NCBI GenBank assembly: GCA_964417685.1
Contig: CAYQIT010000001.1
Location: 145,157-209,156, forward strand
Direction: 5' to 3'
From: an uncultured Gammaproteobacteria bacterium
GTDB taxonomy: Bacteria; Pseudomonadota; Gammaproteobacteria; Magnimaribacterales; D2472
DNA length: 64,000 nucleotides
Positions 47,677-57,236 of the stretch are shown one piece after another (position 1 is the stretch's first letter; every line of letters starts with the position of its first letter). The position numbers and the translations under genes were made by a program. The notes below the pieces were generated by a model. The model was not told the origin of the DNA. It was given only the letters and a program-made list of their open reading frames with translations, and did not search any database.

Positions 47677-49168
47677 TCTCTTTAAGGTTATTAATTCTTA
47701 AAATTTCATCACAAGATGTTACACCAGTTTTAATTAAACTTATTGATGCTTGTTCTATAGAGTCATTATCTTGATCTTGAAAAGCGTAATCTTCTATATC
47801 GGCCTCTGAGGCATTATTATGTATCATTTCTCTCAGCTTTTTGTCTATATGTAAGCACTCCGCAATAGCAATTCTTCCTTTGTAACCAGAACCAAGACAT
47901 TCATCGCAACCTGTTGATGTGTAACACATGGTTCCTGTTTGAATATTTAAAGCAGTTAAGGTTTCTTCATCTGGATTGTCTTCTACTTTACAACTATTGC
48001 ATAGTCTTCTTACAAGCCTTTGAGCGATAATGGTTTTTAAACTAGAAGCTAATAAATAAGACTCAATACCCATATCCCTAAGCCTTGCAACAGCTGCTAC
48101 TGCGCTATTAGTGTGGACTGTAGATAGAACAAGATGTCCTGTGAGACTTGATTGAATACCAATTTGAGCGGTCTCTGCATCTCTCATCTCTCCAACCATG
48201 ACCACATCTGGATCCTGTCTTAAAATAGCTCTTAGACCTTTTGCAAAACTATATCCTGTTTTAGTGTTTACCTGAGTTTGTCCAATACCTCTTAATGTAT
48301 ATTCAATGGGGTCTTCTACTGTGAGAATATTTTGAGAAGAATCACTTAAGTATCTTAATCCAGCATATAAAGTTGTTGTTTTACCCGAACCCGTTGGTCC
48401 AGTGAATAAGATTATCCCTTCCGGGTTCTTTAATGATTTTTTATAATTTTTAAGGATTTTTTCTGGGAGACCTAAATCATCAATATTTATCTGCGCTGAT
48501 TGTTTATCAAGTATTCGCAGAACTATTCTTTCTCCATGAGATGATGGTAAAGAAGATACTCTAACATCAATACTCTTATCACCAAGCGATAATGAAACCC
48601 TGCCATCTTGAGGCAATCTTCTTTCTGAAATATCCAAACCCGACATTATTTTTAAACGTGAAATAAGAACTGAGGAAATTTTACTATCCTGAGCAAGAAC
48701 CTCTTTTAAAATACCATCAACTCTATATCTAACGACTATTTGGTCTTCATATGGTTCAAAATGGATATCTGATGCTCTAAGTTTTATAGCTTTACTTATA
48801 ATTCCATTAATCAATTTGATTATTGGAGCATCATCATTTCCACTTAATAGATCCTCGGTAGCAGAAATACTTCCTGCAAAGGATTCAAGATCAAAGGAGT
48901 CAGTTAATTCTTCTGAAATATCATTAGATACAGCTTCAGACGAGAAAATATTTGTTATATATTCATTAAATTCAGCAGAACTGCACCGTTTGATTGTGAA
49001 TGAAGAGCCTAGATATCTTTGAATTTCATGATACATATCTTTAGTAATATCATTTGGTGAAAGTATTTCTATTGGATCATTACCAGTAACTATTAGCTGA
49101 TGCTCTTTTATATATTCGTATGGGATAACTGAAAAAAGGTTTTCTTTATCCTTAAGTGAATCAAGCAT
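47663..49168 (-). CDS. gspE: type II secretion ATPase E
   Basis: Walker A GPTGSGKTTT, Asp/His boxes, and the tetra-Cys motif (CNSCK ... CDEC). Confidence 0.95.
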   Translation of the reverse strand: MLDSLKDKENLFSVIPYEYIKEHQLIVTGNDPIEILSPNDITKDMYHEIQRYLGSSFTIKRCSSAEFNEYITNIFSSEAVSNDISEELTDSFDLESFAGSISATEDLLSGNDDAPIIKLINGIISKAIKLRASDIHFEPYEDQIVVRYRVDGILKEVLAQDSKISSVLISRLKIMSGLDISERRLPQDGRVSLSLGDKSIDVRVSSLPSSHGERIVLRILDKQSAQINIDDLGLPEKILKNYKKSLKNPEGIILFTGPTGSGKTTTLYAGLRYLSDSSQNILTVEDPIEYTLRGIGQTQVNTKTGYSFAKGLRAILRQDPDVVMVGEMRDAETAQIGIQSSLTGHLVLSTVHTNSAVAAVARLRDMGIESYLLASSLKTIIAQRLVRRLCNSCKVEDNPDEETLTALNIQTGTMCYTSTGCDECLGSGYKGRIAIAECLHIDKKLREMIHNNASEADIEDYAFQDQDNDSIEQASISLIKTGVTSCDEILRINNLKENASL

Positions 49169-49171
49169 AAT

Positions 49172-51025
49172 TTAATCTTGTTTCTTTGAAAGCTCATCTA
49201 GAATTTTTTGTTCCTTAGATAAAATCTGTTGAGCTTTAATATAATTATACTTTTCACTTGATATATCATATGCAGAGTTAGAGTCTGTCATTATTCTTGG
49301 CCTAATGAATATCATCAAATTCTTTTTAATATTATTTTTAGACTTAGTTTGAAAAAGTTTACCAAATAATGGTATTGAGCCTAAAACAGGAACTTTTGAT
49401 ATTGTCTCCTGCGTATCATCATCAATTAGGCCGCCTAGAACAATAGTCTGCCCATCATCAACCAGCGCAGTTGTTTCTATCGCTCTTTTATTAGTTATCA
49501 AATCCACTCCACTAGAAACCACCCCAGCAACACCAGATACTTCAATTTTTATAGCAAGTAGAACAGAGCTTCCCTCATTGATTTGAGGGGTAACATCAAG
49601 TTTTATACCCACCTCTTGTCTGGATGTTGTTCTGAATGGGTTTGCATTATTGGAACCAAGGCTTTCACCTGTCGTAATGGGAATTTCCTGACCGATAATA
49701 GAACTTGCAGTTTCGTTGTCCATGGCAAGGATTGATGGCGTTGATAATATGTTTGAGTTTGTATCTTTGGATACTGCATTTATTATCGCTGCAAAACTAT
49801 CGCCTGATGTAATATCACCGAAACCAGCAATAATGCCTTGAGTATTTAAAAGTGATGATATTGAACTTGATGCAAGAGCTGTATTTGTATCATCTGAAGC
49901 AGCTCCAACAATAGATAGTAAATCTGGTCCAGAGGCATTAAATCTAGTAATACCAATAGGTATCTCCCCATTTTCAGAGTCTCCAGAAAAAATTGTTTCA
50001 ACACCAAGGTCATTTGCAGCATTTTCTGAAATTTCCACAACGATAGCTTCAACCAATACTTGCGCCCTTCGAATGTCCAATTTTGCAATTAGATTTTTTA
50101 AAGTGATGATATTGGATTCATCAGAAGAAATAATAATTGAATTTGTTTTTTCGTGATTGGTTATTACAGTAGCCTTGCCATCCGAATTTGACATAAAACG
50201 ACTAGACATAGAGTTAAGGATTGAGGCAACTTCGCTTGATTTTGCATATTTTAAATAAACAACATCGATTGTTTCATCTTTATTAACTATATCTGCATCC
50301 AAAGTTGCTAATGTTTTTTTGATATTCTCAGTCACAAAATCATTTGCTGAGATAATAATAGAGTTTGATGGAGCAAAAGGAACAGCTATAAACTTATTAA
50401 TAGTTGGATTGTTTTGAGCCTTTAACTTTTCCAATATTCTTACAGCTTCAATTGAAGGTAAGTTTTCCATCTTAACTATTGAGATTTTTGCGCTATTATT
50501 TAGATCAAGATTATTTAAAAGCTCCTTTATTCTCTTAATATTGCTTGCCCTATCAACAATAAGTATTGAATTAATAGAAGCAATGCTGGATAAATGGGAT
50601 TGTCTTCCTGTTATTGGCTTTATCATAGGAAGAACTTCAGCTGATGATCGATTCGCCAATGGAATAACTTCAGTTAAAAAATCAGAGTTTCCACTAACAT
50701 TGAAACTTTCATCTCTGGTAGCTTCATTTTCAGGGACAATACGAACAAATCCATCATCTGCAATAGCTGAAAAACCATTCACTTGCATTGTTCTTAGGTA
50801 AACATTCCAAACCTGCTCTCTATTGAGCTCTGCATTAGAGTAGATTGTTATCTTTCCTTTTACTCTGGGGTCTAAAATAACTGTTTTTTTTGAAAACTGA
50901 GCAATATCTTGTGTAACTTTTTTTATATCAACTTCTTCATAATTAATAATAAATGTATCGGCCACCAAATGATTAATATTAAATACAAGAGAGAGTATTA
51001 AGAATTTATTAAATATATTTTTCAT
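49172..51025 (-). CDS. gspD: type II secretion secretin D
   Basis: Signal peptide, N-domains, and a secretin core ending VPVLGSIPLFGKLF. 617 aa. Confidence 0.9.
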   Translation of the reverse strand: MKNIFNKFLILSLVFNINHLVADTFIINYEEVDIKKVTQDIAQFSKKTVILDPRVKGKITIYSNAELNREQVWNVYLRTMQVNGFSAIADDGFVRIVPENEATRDESFNVSGNSDFLTEVIPLANRSSAEVLPMIKPITGRQSHLSSIASINSILIVDRASNIKRIKELLNNLDLNNSAKISIVKMENLPSIEAVRILEKLKAQNNPTINKFIAVPFAPSNSIIISANDFVTENIKKTLATLDADIVNKDETIDVVYLKYAKSSEVASILNSMSSRFMSNSDGKATVITNHEKTNSIIISSDESNIITLKNLIAKLDIRRAQVLVEAIVVEISENAANDLGVETIFSGDSENGEIPIGITRFNASGPDLLSIVGAASDDTNTALASSSISSLLNTQGIIAGFGDITSGDSFAAIINAVSKDTNSNILSTPSILAMDNETASSIIGQEIPITTGESLGSNNANPFRTTSRQEVGIKLDVTPQINEGSSVLLAIKIEVSGVAGVVSSGVDLITNKRAIETTALVDDGQTIVLGGLIDDDTQETISKVPVLGSIPLFGKLFQTKSKNNIKKNLMIFIRPRIMTDSNSAYDISSEKYNYIKAQQILSKEQKILDELSKKQD

Positions 51026-51027
51026 TT

Positions 51028-51435
51028 TTATCTACCAACTTCATTTTTAATTTTAAACACTTCAGTATCTGTTTGAAATATTATCTCATCTCTACTAACG
51101 CTCATCAAAGTATACTTTCCATCTAACTTTGCTCCCTTTACAACAACCTGTTCTTTGTTTCCTTTTTTTACAACCACTGATGAGTCTTCGTCTCCTGCAA
51201 TAAAACCAATAATTTTGTACTCAAATTCTGTTTCAACAGCTTTAGTTTTATTATCAGCTTCTATACTTTTACTATCAGTTAAGTTTAAAGTCATTTGAGG
51301 AATTTTAAGTTCATTAAAAGTCTCTATAACTGGTTTTGATACAACTGAGTTAATAAGAATAAAAATCAATATAGCAGCGATTATAGCTAAGATACTAAGA
51401 AGCAATAATTTAATTTTTTTTTCTAAATTTAACAT
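51028..51435 (-). CDS. gspC: type II secretion protein C (minimal: TM + HR domain, no PDZ)
   Basis: 135 aa with an N-terminal TM helix and a PilP-like HR domain (YKIIGFIAGDEDSSVVVKKGNKEQVVVKGAKLDGKYTLMSVSRDEIIF). It is the first gene of the operon. Confidence 0.7.
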   Translation of the reverse strand: MLNLEKKIKLLLLSILAIIAAILIFILINSVVSKPVIETFNELKIPQMTLNLTDSKSIEADNKTKAVETEFEYKIIGFIAGDEDSSVVVKKGNKEQVVVKGAKLDGKYTLMSVSRDEIIFQTDTEVFKIKNEVGR

Positions 51436-51467
51436 AAAAAAATGAGCTACTAGTGTAGCTCATTTTT
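51436..51467 (-). terminator. intrinsic terminator between the TonB receptor and gspC
   Basis: The minus strand reads AAAAATGAGCTAC-ACTA-GTAGCTCATTTTTTT followed directly by the gspC ATG. The core stem ATGAGCTAC/GTAGCTCAT is 9 bp and is extendable by A:T pairs. Confidence 0.7.
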
Positions 51468-51476
51468 GACATGAAT

Positions 51477-54119
51477 TTAAAAACTAAATTTAAATCCTAA
51501 AGAAATAGATGTGCCTAAGCTATATTGATCATAAACAACTGCAGATGCCATTGAGGCATAGTATTCTTCATCTAATAAATTTCTTAGCTCTATAGAGACC
51601 TTTAGATCAGACATGTTGTAATTTAATTCTCTTGAATAAACAAAGTCTACTAGAAGTGGAGGTTCTTCAATAACATCGGGAAGAACATCAATACCCCTGG
51701 CTCTAACACGATCACTAACATAGTTAATAATCAGAGTTCCCTGCGAACCATTTTGTAAATCATCCCATCCAAGTTGTAAATTAGCGATTGTATCTGATTG
51801 GCCTTGAAGTCTTGTATCTCTTCCATTTAAAAACAATGAAGAAGCTTTTATAGCATTACCTTGGCTGTTTATAAATGTATCATCTTCATCGTAAACAACC
51901 TCTGATTTAGTAGATGTTAAGTTTGCTTTAAGAATAAATTCTTTTGAGCTAGCCCATTCAGAATCAACAAATAGATTTTCAAACACTCTTTCATACTCTA
52001 CTTCAAAACCAGTTAGTTCTGCTGCTGGTACATTCTGATAAGAGGTAACAATTAAATCACCTGACTCATTAACAACTTCTTCAATTGGTTTAGCTATATC
52101 TTTAAAGAAAACTCCAGCTGTTAAAAACTGATTTAGCCCCCAATAATATTCAAACCTTAGATCGAGATTGTCAATTTCAGAATTTTCTAAGTATAAAGAT
52201 CCTGCAATAACTCTATCAGTATCTACATCAATAAAGAGTGTTGGAGACAGCTCTCTAAATGTTGGTTTTGCAATTGTTTTTGACAAGCCTAATCTTATTT
52301 GTAAATTTTCATCAAAGGATGGTAAATAAGTAAGTGTAAATGATGGCAAGTTATAATTTTCATCGATAATTTTTTCAATATCGGAATCAATTGGTTGAAA
52401 GACATCATATGTGTTTACAAATTGCTTACCATCTTCTGATCTAATTCCAGCAGAAAGTCTATAATTTTCATTAAGATATGCATCCATGCTTATATAAAAA
52501 GCTGATGTTTCAAGAAGACCAGTATATCCTGCTGGAGATGAGGCTGCAGTATTTTCAATCACAAGAAGCCTTGATGGATCAAAGTTCTTATCTTCAAAAA
52601 TATAATCAATTCTATTAGCTAGAAATTCAGTAGGAATTGGCCCACCTTCTGCAAGAAATCTAAAACTTCGTACTTGAGCATCTCTAGTATTTTCAGTTGA
52701 ATCAGCTCCAAGTTTTAAAATAACTTCATTATCTGCAAGTTGAATTGGTAAGGTTAAATCAAAACCAAAATTTTCATTTTCATCCTCAACATAACTAAAC
52801 TGAGTTTGGTTTCTTCCTGTGTTCACATCATATCTCCAGAAACCTCTGTCATCTGTATCTTCATAAAAGACCACCCTCTCATAAGGTGAATTTCTTGAAG
52901 CATCGCCTGAAGTATATCTAAAATCAATTTCAGCATAATTATCGAATACATATGTTGCATTAAGTTGATGGTTGTTCAGCTCTCTTTCAAAAAATTCAAT
53001 AAAGTCTTCCCTTACATTACCGGCATCACTTGAGTCATACCCTTGAAGGATACGCGACCTTTTTGATCCCTTATGTATATACATTCCAGTATATTTAAGA
53101 CTATATGAATCTGCTTCTATACCAGCAACAGACATTGCATAGGTAGTAACATCATTTGATGTGCTCCTAAAGGTCTTGTTATTAGATACGATTACCGATG
53201 ATGTTCCATCTCCTTGAGCTTGCAATGTTCCTGTTTGTCTTAAACCTTCTTGAGAGTCCCATGAGCTTCTTATGCCCGAGGTGAACATTAGCCCAAATAC
53301 AGCACTATTATCATTCAAGATTTTATCTATACCAATGTCTATTTCGTCTCCATATGTAAAATTTAAAGAACTATCTAGAGGTACTTCTCCCTCTTGTATA
53401 ACCCAAAGCTCTGAATTTACAAATTCTCTTCCAGCATTTGATAATTCAAATGTTTTAAAATTTGAGCGGTCAAGTTTTTTATTTTGATTTATAGCAGACT
53501 TTACAAAGTCAGGGAAATCTCTTAAACCATCATCATATCCAAACTTATCATCATCACTTCCGTCATATAACAAACCATCTTTTAAACTTGTTGCATCATT
53601 AAAGCCAGATGAAAATGAGAAATCTAAAACTCTATCAGCTGGAACAGCTTTTGTTTCTATTTCAATTATACCTCCACCAAATTCTCCGGGCATATCTGCC
53701 GAGTATGTTTTCTGAACAACAGAATTAGCAATGATTTGAGTAGGAAATAAATCTAACGGAACCACTCTTTTGAGGGGCTCTGGACTTGGAAGATTGGATC
53801 CATTCAATGTTGCAGCTGAATATCTCTCTCCTAAACCCCTTACATAAACATATTTACCTCTAACTAAACTTAAACCTGTAAGCCTAGTAAGTGCAACTGC
53901 AATATTATCATCACCAGTTCTTTCTATCTCTGATGAATCTAGGATTGAAGATATCTCTGATGTGTCTCTTTTTTCATCAGGTATAAAAGAGCCACTTACA
54001 ACTACTTCTTCAATTTCTTGAGAAGTGGCTGTAAGTGATAGACCGAGCATCAAAGATAACATAGTCATTAGTATTAAGTTTGATCTTTGGAACTTGAATT
54101 TATATTTTAAAATTGTCAT
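51477..54119 (-). CDS. TonB-dependent receptor
   Basis: The likely start is MTILKYKF..LSLTATS|QEIEEVVV (ATG at 54119, GGAG SD upstream). The track ORF extends to 54215 into the upstream gene. It has a plug, a barrel and the terminal ..SISLGFKFSF. Confidence 0.85.
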   Translation of the reverse strand: MTILKYKFKFQRSNLILMTMLSLMLGLSLTATSQEIEEVVVSGSFIPDEKRDTSEISSILDSSEIERTGDDNIAVALTRLTGLSLVRGKYVYVRGLGERYSAATLNGSNLPSPEPLKRVVPLDLFPTQIIANSVVQKTYSADMPGEFGGGIIEIETKAVPADRVLDFSFSSGFNDATSLKDGLLYDGSDDDKFGYDDGLRDFPDFVKSAINQNKKLDRSNFKTFELSNAGREFVNSELWVIQEGEVPLDSSLNFTYGDEIDIGIDKILNDNSAVFGLMFTSGIRSSWDSQEGLRQTGTLQAQGDGTSSVIVSNNKTFRSTSNDVTTYAMSVAGIEADSYSLKYTGMYIHKGSKRSRILQGYDSSDAGNVREDFIEFFERELNNHQLNATYVFDNYAEIDFRYTSGDASRNSPYERVVFYEDTDDRGFWRYDVNTGRNQTQFSYVEDENENFGFDLTLPIQLADNEVILKLGADSTENTRDAQVRSFRFLAEGGPIPTEFLANRIDYIFEDKNFDPSRLLVIENTAASSPAGYTGLLETSAFYISMDAYLNENYRLSAGIRSEDGKQFVNTYDVFQPIDSDIEKIIDENYNLPSFTLTYLPSFDENLQIRLGLSKTIAKPTFRELSPTLFIDVDTDRVIAGSLYLENSEIDNLDLRFEYYWGLNQFLTAGVFFKDIAKPIEEVVNESGDLIVTSYQNVPAAELTGFEVEYERVFENLFVDSEWASSKEFILKANLTSTKSEVVYDEDDTFINSQGNAIKASSLFLNGRDTRLQGQSDTIANLQLGWDDLQNGSQGTLIINYVSDRVRARGIDVLPDVIEEPPLLVDFVYSRELNYNMSDLKVSIELRNLLDEEYYASMASAVVYDQYSLGTSISLGFKFSF

Positions 54120-54153
54120 TTTGTCTCCAATTAAAAGGTAATATTGATAAAGC

Positions 54154-57099
54154 CTATTGGACTTCAATAGTTCCAGAGAGTGTCCAGTTTTTATACCAAT
54201 CATCGGTTGCTCCACTAACAGCTCCTATGTATGAGGTAGTTTCAAAGAAACCATCGGCGTTATAAATACTTGGAATAGAGGTAACAGTAGCCGAATTTTC
54301 TGCAGAGCCATTAACAACTCCAATTACAGTATTTACATAACTCCCGCCACCTGAATTTGATCCATACAAGTTATTAGAACCAGCCCTTACTATTGCTTCA
54401 ACTTCAGCAGTTGTTGCATTACCATCAGTTTTAATAAAGCCTGAGCAATCCAATGCTACAGAATTCATTGAGAAGACTGGCGTAACAGCACCATCCTTAA
54501 CAGTTTCGTTAAAAGTAGTTTCTATACAATTAGTTTCTTTTCCAGTCACCGAGCTATTTACAACTGCAATCCCGTTGAAGTACTGACCAGATACACCTTC
54601 CTTAAGCTTAAATATCTCATCATGTCCTTTAGAAATAAAAGTAAAATTAGAAACTATTGGGTTTGAACGAGGTTCAGATAAATAACCAACAGCGCTGTCA
54701 CTGTTTACATTATCAGATTCGACAATATGATCTCCTTTGTCATTAGACTGTTGGACAATGACATACTGGATTCTGCCAGTGTAACCCCAGTCAATATCTA
54801 AATTATCATCATCGGCACCGGTACAAATTAGATGTTTAACATCAACAGTGCCACCAAAAAACTCAACGCAGTCATCAGCATTGTTGTGAACTTGTACATA
54901 ATCAACGCTTGTTCCTGACCCAACACCTCCGAATGTAATTCCATTTAGCTCATTTCCTGGAAATACTTCGTATCCAGCATATTGAACCCTTAGATATTTT
55001 AAAGAACCGCTGCTATCAGTTGGACTCTCACCACCCATCATGTCACCGGCAGATCCTTCTACCTCTCTTTCACATGGGTCTACTCTTACACCAGCTGCAG
55101 TTGCAGTTCCGCCTTGTGTGTATGCGCATTTGTTTATAGGTGCTCTACCAAGTAGAACTAATCCACCCCAAAGACCTCTAGTACTAACAATATCTGCCTC
55201 TCCAAGAAGATCTTGTTTACCAGTCATTATGATTGGTGCTGATGCTGTTCCTACTGCATTAATTTTTGACCCTCTTTTAATAACTAAATAATCATTACCA
55301 GACTCTCCAAATAAAGTTACGCCTGGTTCAATTGTTAATACTGCAGCAATACCTCCAGAAGCATCACCGGATGAGCCTAAGTCCTTACCAACAGCAACCT
55401 TCCCGTCAATTTTATAGTAGTTTCCAGATACCAATGTTAAGTCTGAGGTTATCTCTCCCTGCAAGCTGCAAACCTTTTTTCCAAGCAGTACTTCAGATTC
55501 AAGAGTACCCTCAGGACACTCAGGATCAGTAAACAATCCTATAGTCCAACCTGATGCCCAGTTATTCTCTAAATCAGAACCAGGAGAAAATGCACCGATA
55601 TAATCAGTTGCAGAGAACCAAGTATTAATAGTGTAGTTACCATCATCAAACCCAGGACATAATTCTGTAGTTTCACCTGCAGAATGAATACCAACTGCAC
55701 ACATAGCATCAATTTTGTTTATATTGAATGCAGAAGTAACAGCTGATTCAGCTTCACCTAAAAAGAAATCTGATACAAGAGTAGAGGTACCTAAAACTAG
55801 ATCTGTTGATCTCTCAATTAAAGATGCCTGAAGCTCTTCTGCTGTAACACCACTAGATTCTGTATCAGCCTTAAATGGTGATGTATCTCCAGCTGAATCC
55901 ATAAAGATAGAGTGATGTTGAATTTTAGGGGTAATTAGACCATCTTGAATAGTTTCCAGGTTTGTTGATTCAACTAAATTTTGTGAATTAGCATTTTTAA
56001 CAATTCCGTTAATATATACACCTGAAACACCTTCTTTGTATTTTAAAGGCTCATCAGCGCCTTGTGCTAAGAAAGTAAAATTTGCAACCATTGGTCTTGA
56101 CCTTGGCTCAGTTAAATAACCAACAGATGCATCTGCATTAGTATTATCGGACTCTACAACATGATCACTTTGATCAGAACTTTGTTTTACAACAACATAT
56201 TGCATTTTACCTTGGTAACCCCAATCGATATCAAGATTGTCATCACCTGCATTTGTACAAACCAAGTGCTTAACATTTACAGTTCCGCCAAAAAACTCAA
56301 CGCAATCATCTTGGTTGTTATGTACCTGAATATAATCGACCACTGTCGCGGATCCAACAGCGCCAAATGTAATACCATTTAACTCATTACCAGGAAATAT
56401 TTCATAACCTGCGTATTCAACCCTTACAAAATTTAACTTACCTGAATTATCATCAGCTAGAGTTCCACCCATAAGCGCATTAGAACCTTCAACAACTTTT
56501 TCACAAGCAGCTGTTCCTCTAACATCATTTGAACATTTGTTTATTGGAGCTTTACCAAGTATGACTATACCGCCCCATAAACCTCTTTCAAGCTCTCCAA
56601 CACTTCCCTCAATAGCTGTGTTATGTGTAAATCTTATTGGTTTAGACCTTGTACCATTAGCTATAATTTGTGAGCCTCTATTTACAACAAGGTAGTCATT
56701 TGAAGTTTTACCCATTATCACTACGCCAGCAGGAATAGTTAACTTACCAGCAGCTCCACCTGCTTTTGTTCCATCTCCACCCATATCAGAACCGACCTCA
56801 ACCTTACCAAGCATTCTGTACATAACATCATCAGTTAATGTTAGATCTTCTGTAATAACACCAGAAATAGCACAAACGGTATTACCTGCAACAGGTGATC
56901 CATTTGTTATATAAGTTGAGTTAGGACATTCTCCAGTTAATATAGAACTTGATGAGCCTCCTGTACCGCCCCCACCAGTAGGGTCAGTTAATGGGCCTTG
57001 TTCACCTGGTGAAACAATAGAAGTGCTTGAGCCACCACAAGACACTAATATGATTGAAATAGTTAATAAATAAAGTTGATTAAGTTTGTTATGTAACAT
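54154..57099 (-). CDS. large outer-membrane lipoprotein made of two tandem ~460-aa units, function unknown (beta-helix-like)
   Basis: Signal peptide and lipobox IILVSC with Gly at +2, and a GGAGGA SD. Two homologous units carry LWGG.V.LG.APINKC, YAGYE.FPGNELNGITFG, DDCVEFFGGTV.VKH, DDNLDIDWGY and ESDN. No named family recognised. Confidence 0.8.
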   Translation of the reverse strand: MLHNKLNQLYLLTISIILVSCGGSSTSIVSPGEQGPLTDPTGGGGTGGSSSSILTGECPNSTYITNGSPVAGNTVCAISGVITEDLTLTDDVMYRMLGKVEVGSDMGGDGTKAGGAAGKLTIPAGVVIMGKTSNDYLVVNRGSQIIANGTRSKPIRFTHNTAIEGSVGELERGLWGGIVILGKAPINKCSNDVRGTAACEKVVEGSNALMGGTLADDNSGKLNFVRVEYAGYEIFPGNELNGITFGAVGSATVVDYIQVHNNQDDCVEFFGGTVNVKHLVCTNAGDDNLDIDWGYQGKMQYVVVKQSSDQSDHVVESDNTNADASVGYLTEPRSRPMVANFTFLAQGADEPLKYKEGVSGVYINGIVKNANSQNLVESTNLETIQDGLITPKIQHHSIFMDSAGDTSPFKADTESSGVTAEELQASLIERSTDLVLGTSTLVSDFFLGEAESAVTSAFNINKIDAMCAVGIHSAGETTELCPGFDDGNYTINTWFSATDYIGAFSPGSDLENNWASGWTIGLFTDPECPEGTLESEVLLGKKVCSLQGEITSDLTLVSGNYYKIDGKVAVGKDLGSSGDASGGIAAVLTIEPGVTLFGESGNDYLVIKRGSKINAVGTASAPIIMTGKQDLLGEADIVSTRGLWGGLVLLGRAPINKCAYTQGGTATAAGVRVDPCEREVEGSAGDMMGGESPTDSSGSLKYLRVQYAGYEVFPGNELNGITFGGVGSGTSVDYVQVHNNADDCVEFFGGTVDVKHLICTGADDDNLDIDWGYTGRIQYVIVQQSNDKGDHIVESDNVNSDSAVGYLSEPRSNPIVSNFTFISKGHDEIFKLKEGVSGQYFNGIAVVNSSVTGKETNCIETTFNETVKDGAVTPVFSMNSVALDCSGFIKTDGNATTAEVEAIVRAGSNNLYGSNSGGGSYVNTVIGVVNGSAENSATVTSIPSIYNADGFFETTSYIGAVSGATDDWYKNWTLSGTIEVQ
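54157..56931 (-). repeat. intragenic tandem duplication (unit A nt 55531-56931, unit B nt 54157-55521)
   Basis: Unit A covers aa ~57-523 and unit B aa ~527-981, and they align end to end. In the 115-aa core from YAGYE to NFTF I count 88 identical positions by eye. Confidence 0.85.
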
Positions 57100-57189
57100 T
57101 AAAAAAATCCTCCAATGGGTTGATGGACTTTATTTAAATATTTATCTATGAAGGTTTGATTAAGAAGATGTTAAAAGAAGAAACAAATA

Positions 57190-57236
57190 GGTAACAAATT
57201 ATTACGAATGTTACATATGTTACATATGTTACAAAT
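57190..57236. promoter_or_regulatory. tandem 9-bp repeat array (ATGTTACAT)n, candidate response-regulator binding site
   Basis: GGTAACAAATTATTACGAATGTTACATATGTTACATATGTTACAAATC. TGTTACA starts at 57209, 57218 and 57227. A degenerate copy TATTACG is at 57200 and an inverted copy GGTAACA at 57190. The array lies between the kinase stop and the lipoprotein start. Confidence 0.5.

Noticed and set aside
54120-54215. N-terminal extension of the TonB receptor ORF (MEQPMIGIK...) overlapping the lipoprotein gene.
   Set aside because: An internal ATG at 54119 has a GGAG SD and yields a proper signal peptide. The extension would overlap the upstream gene by 62 nt.
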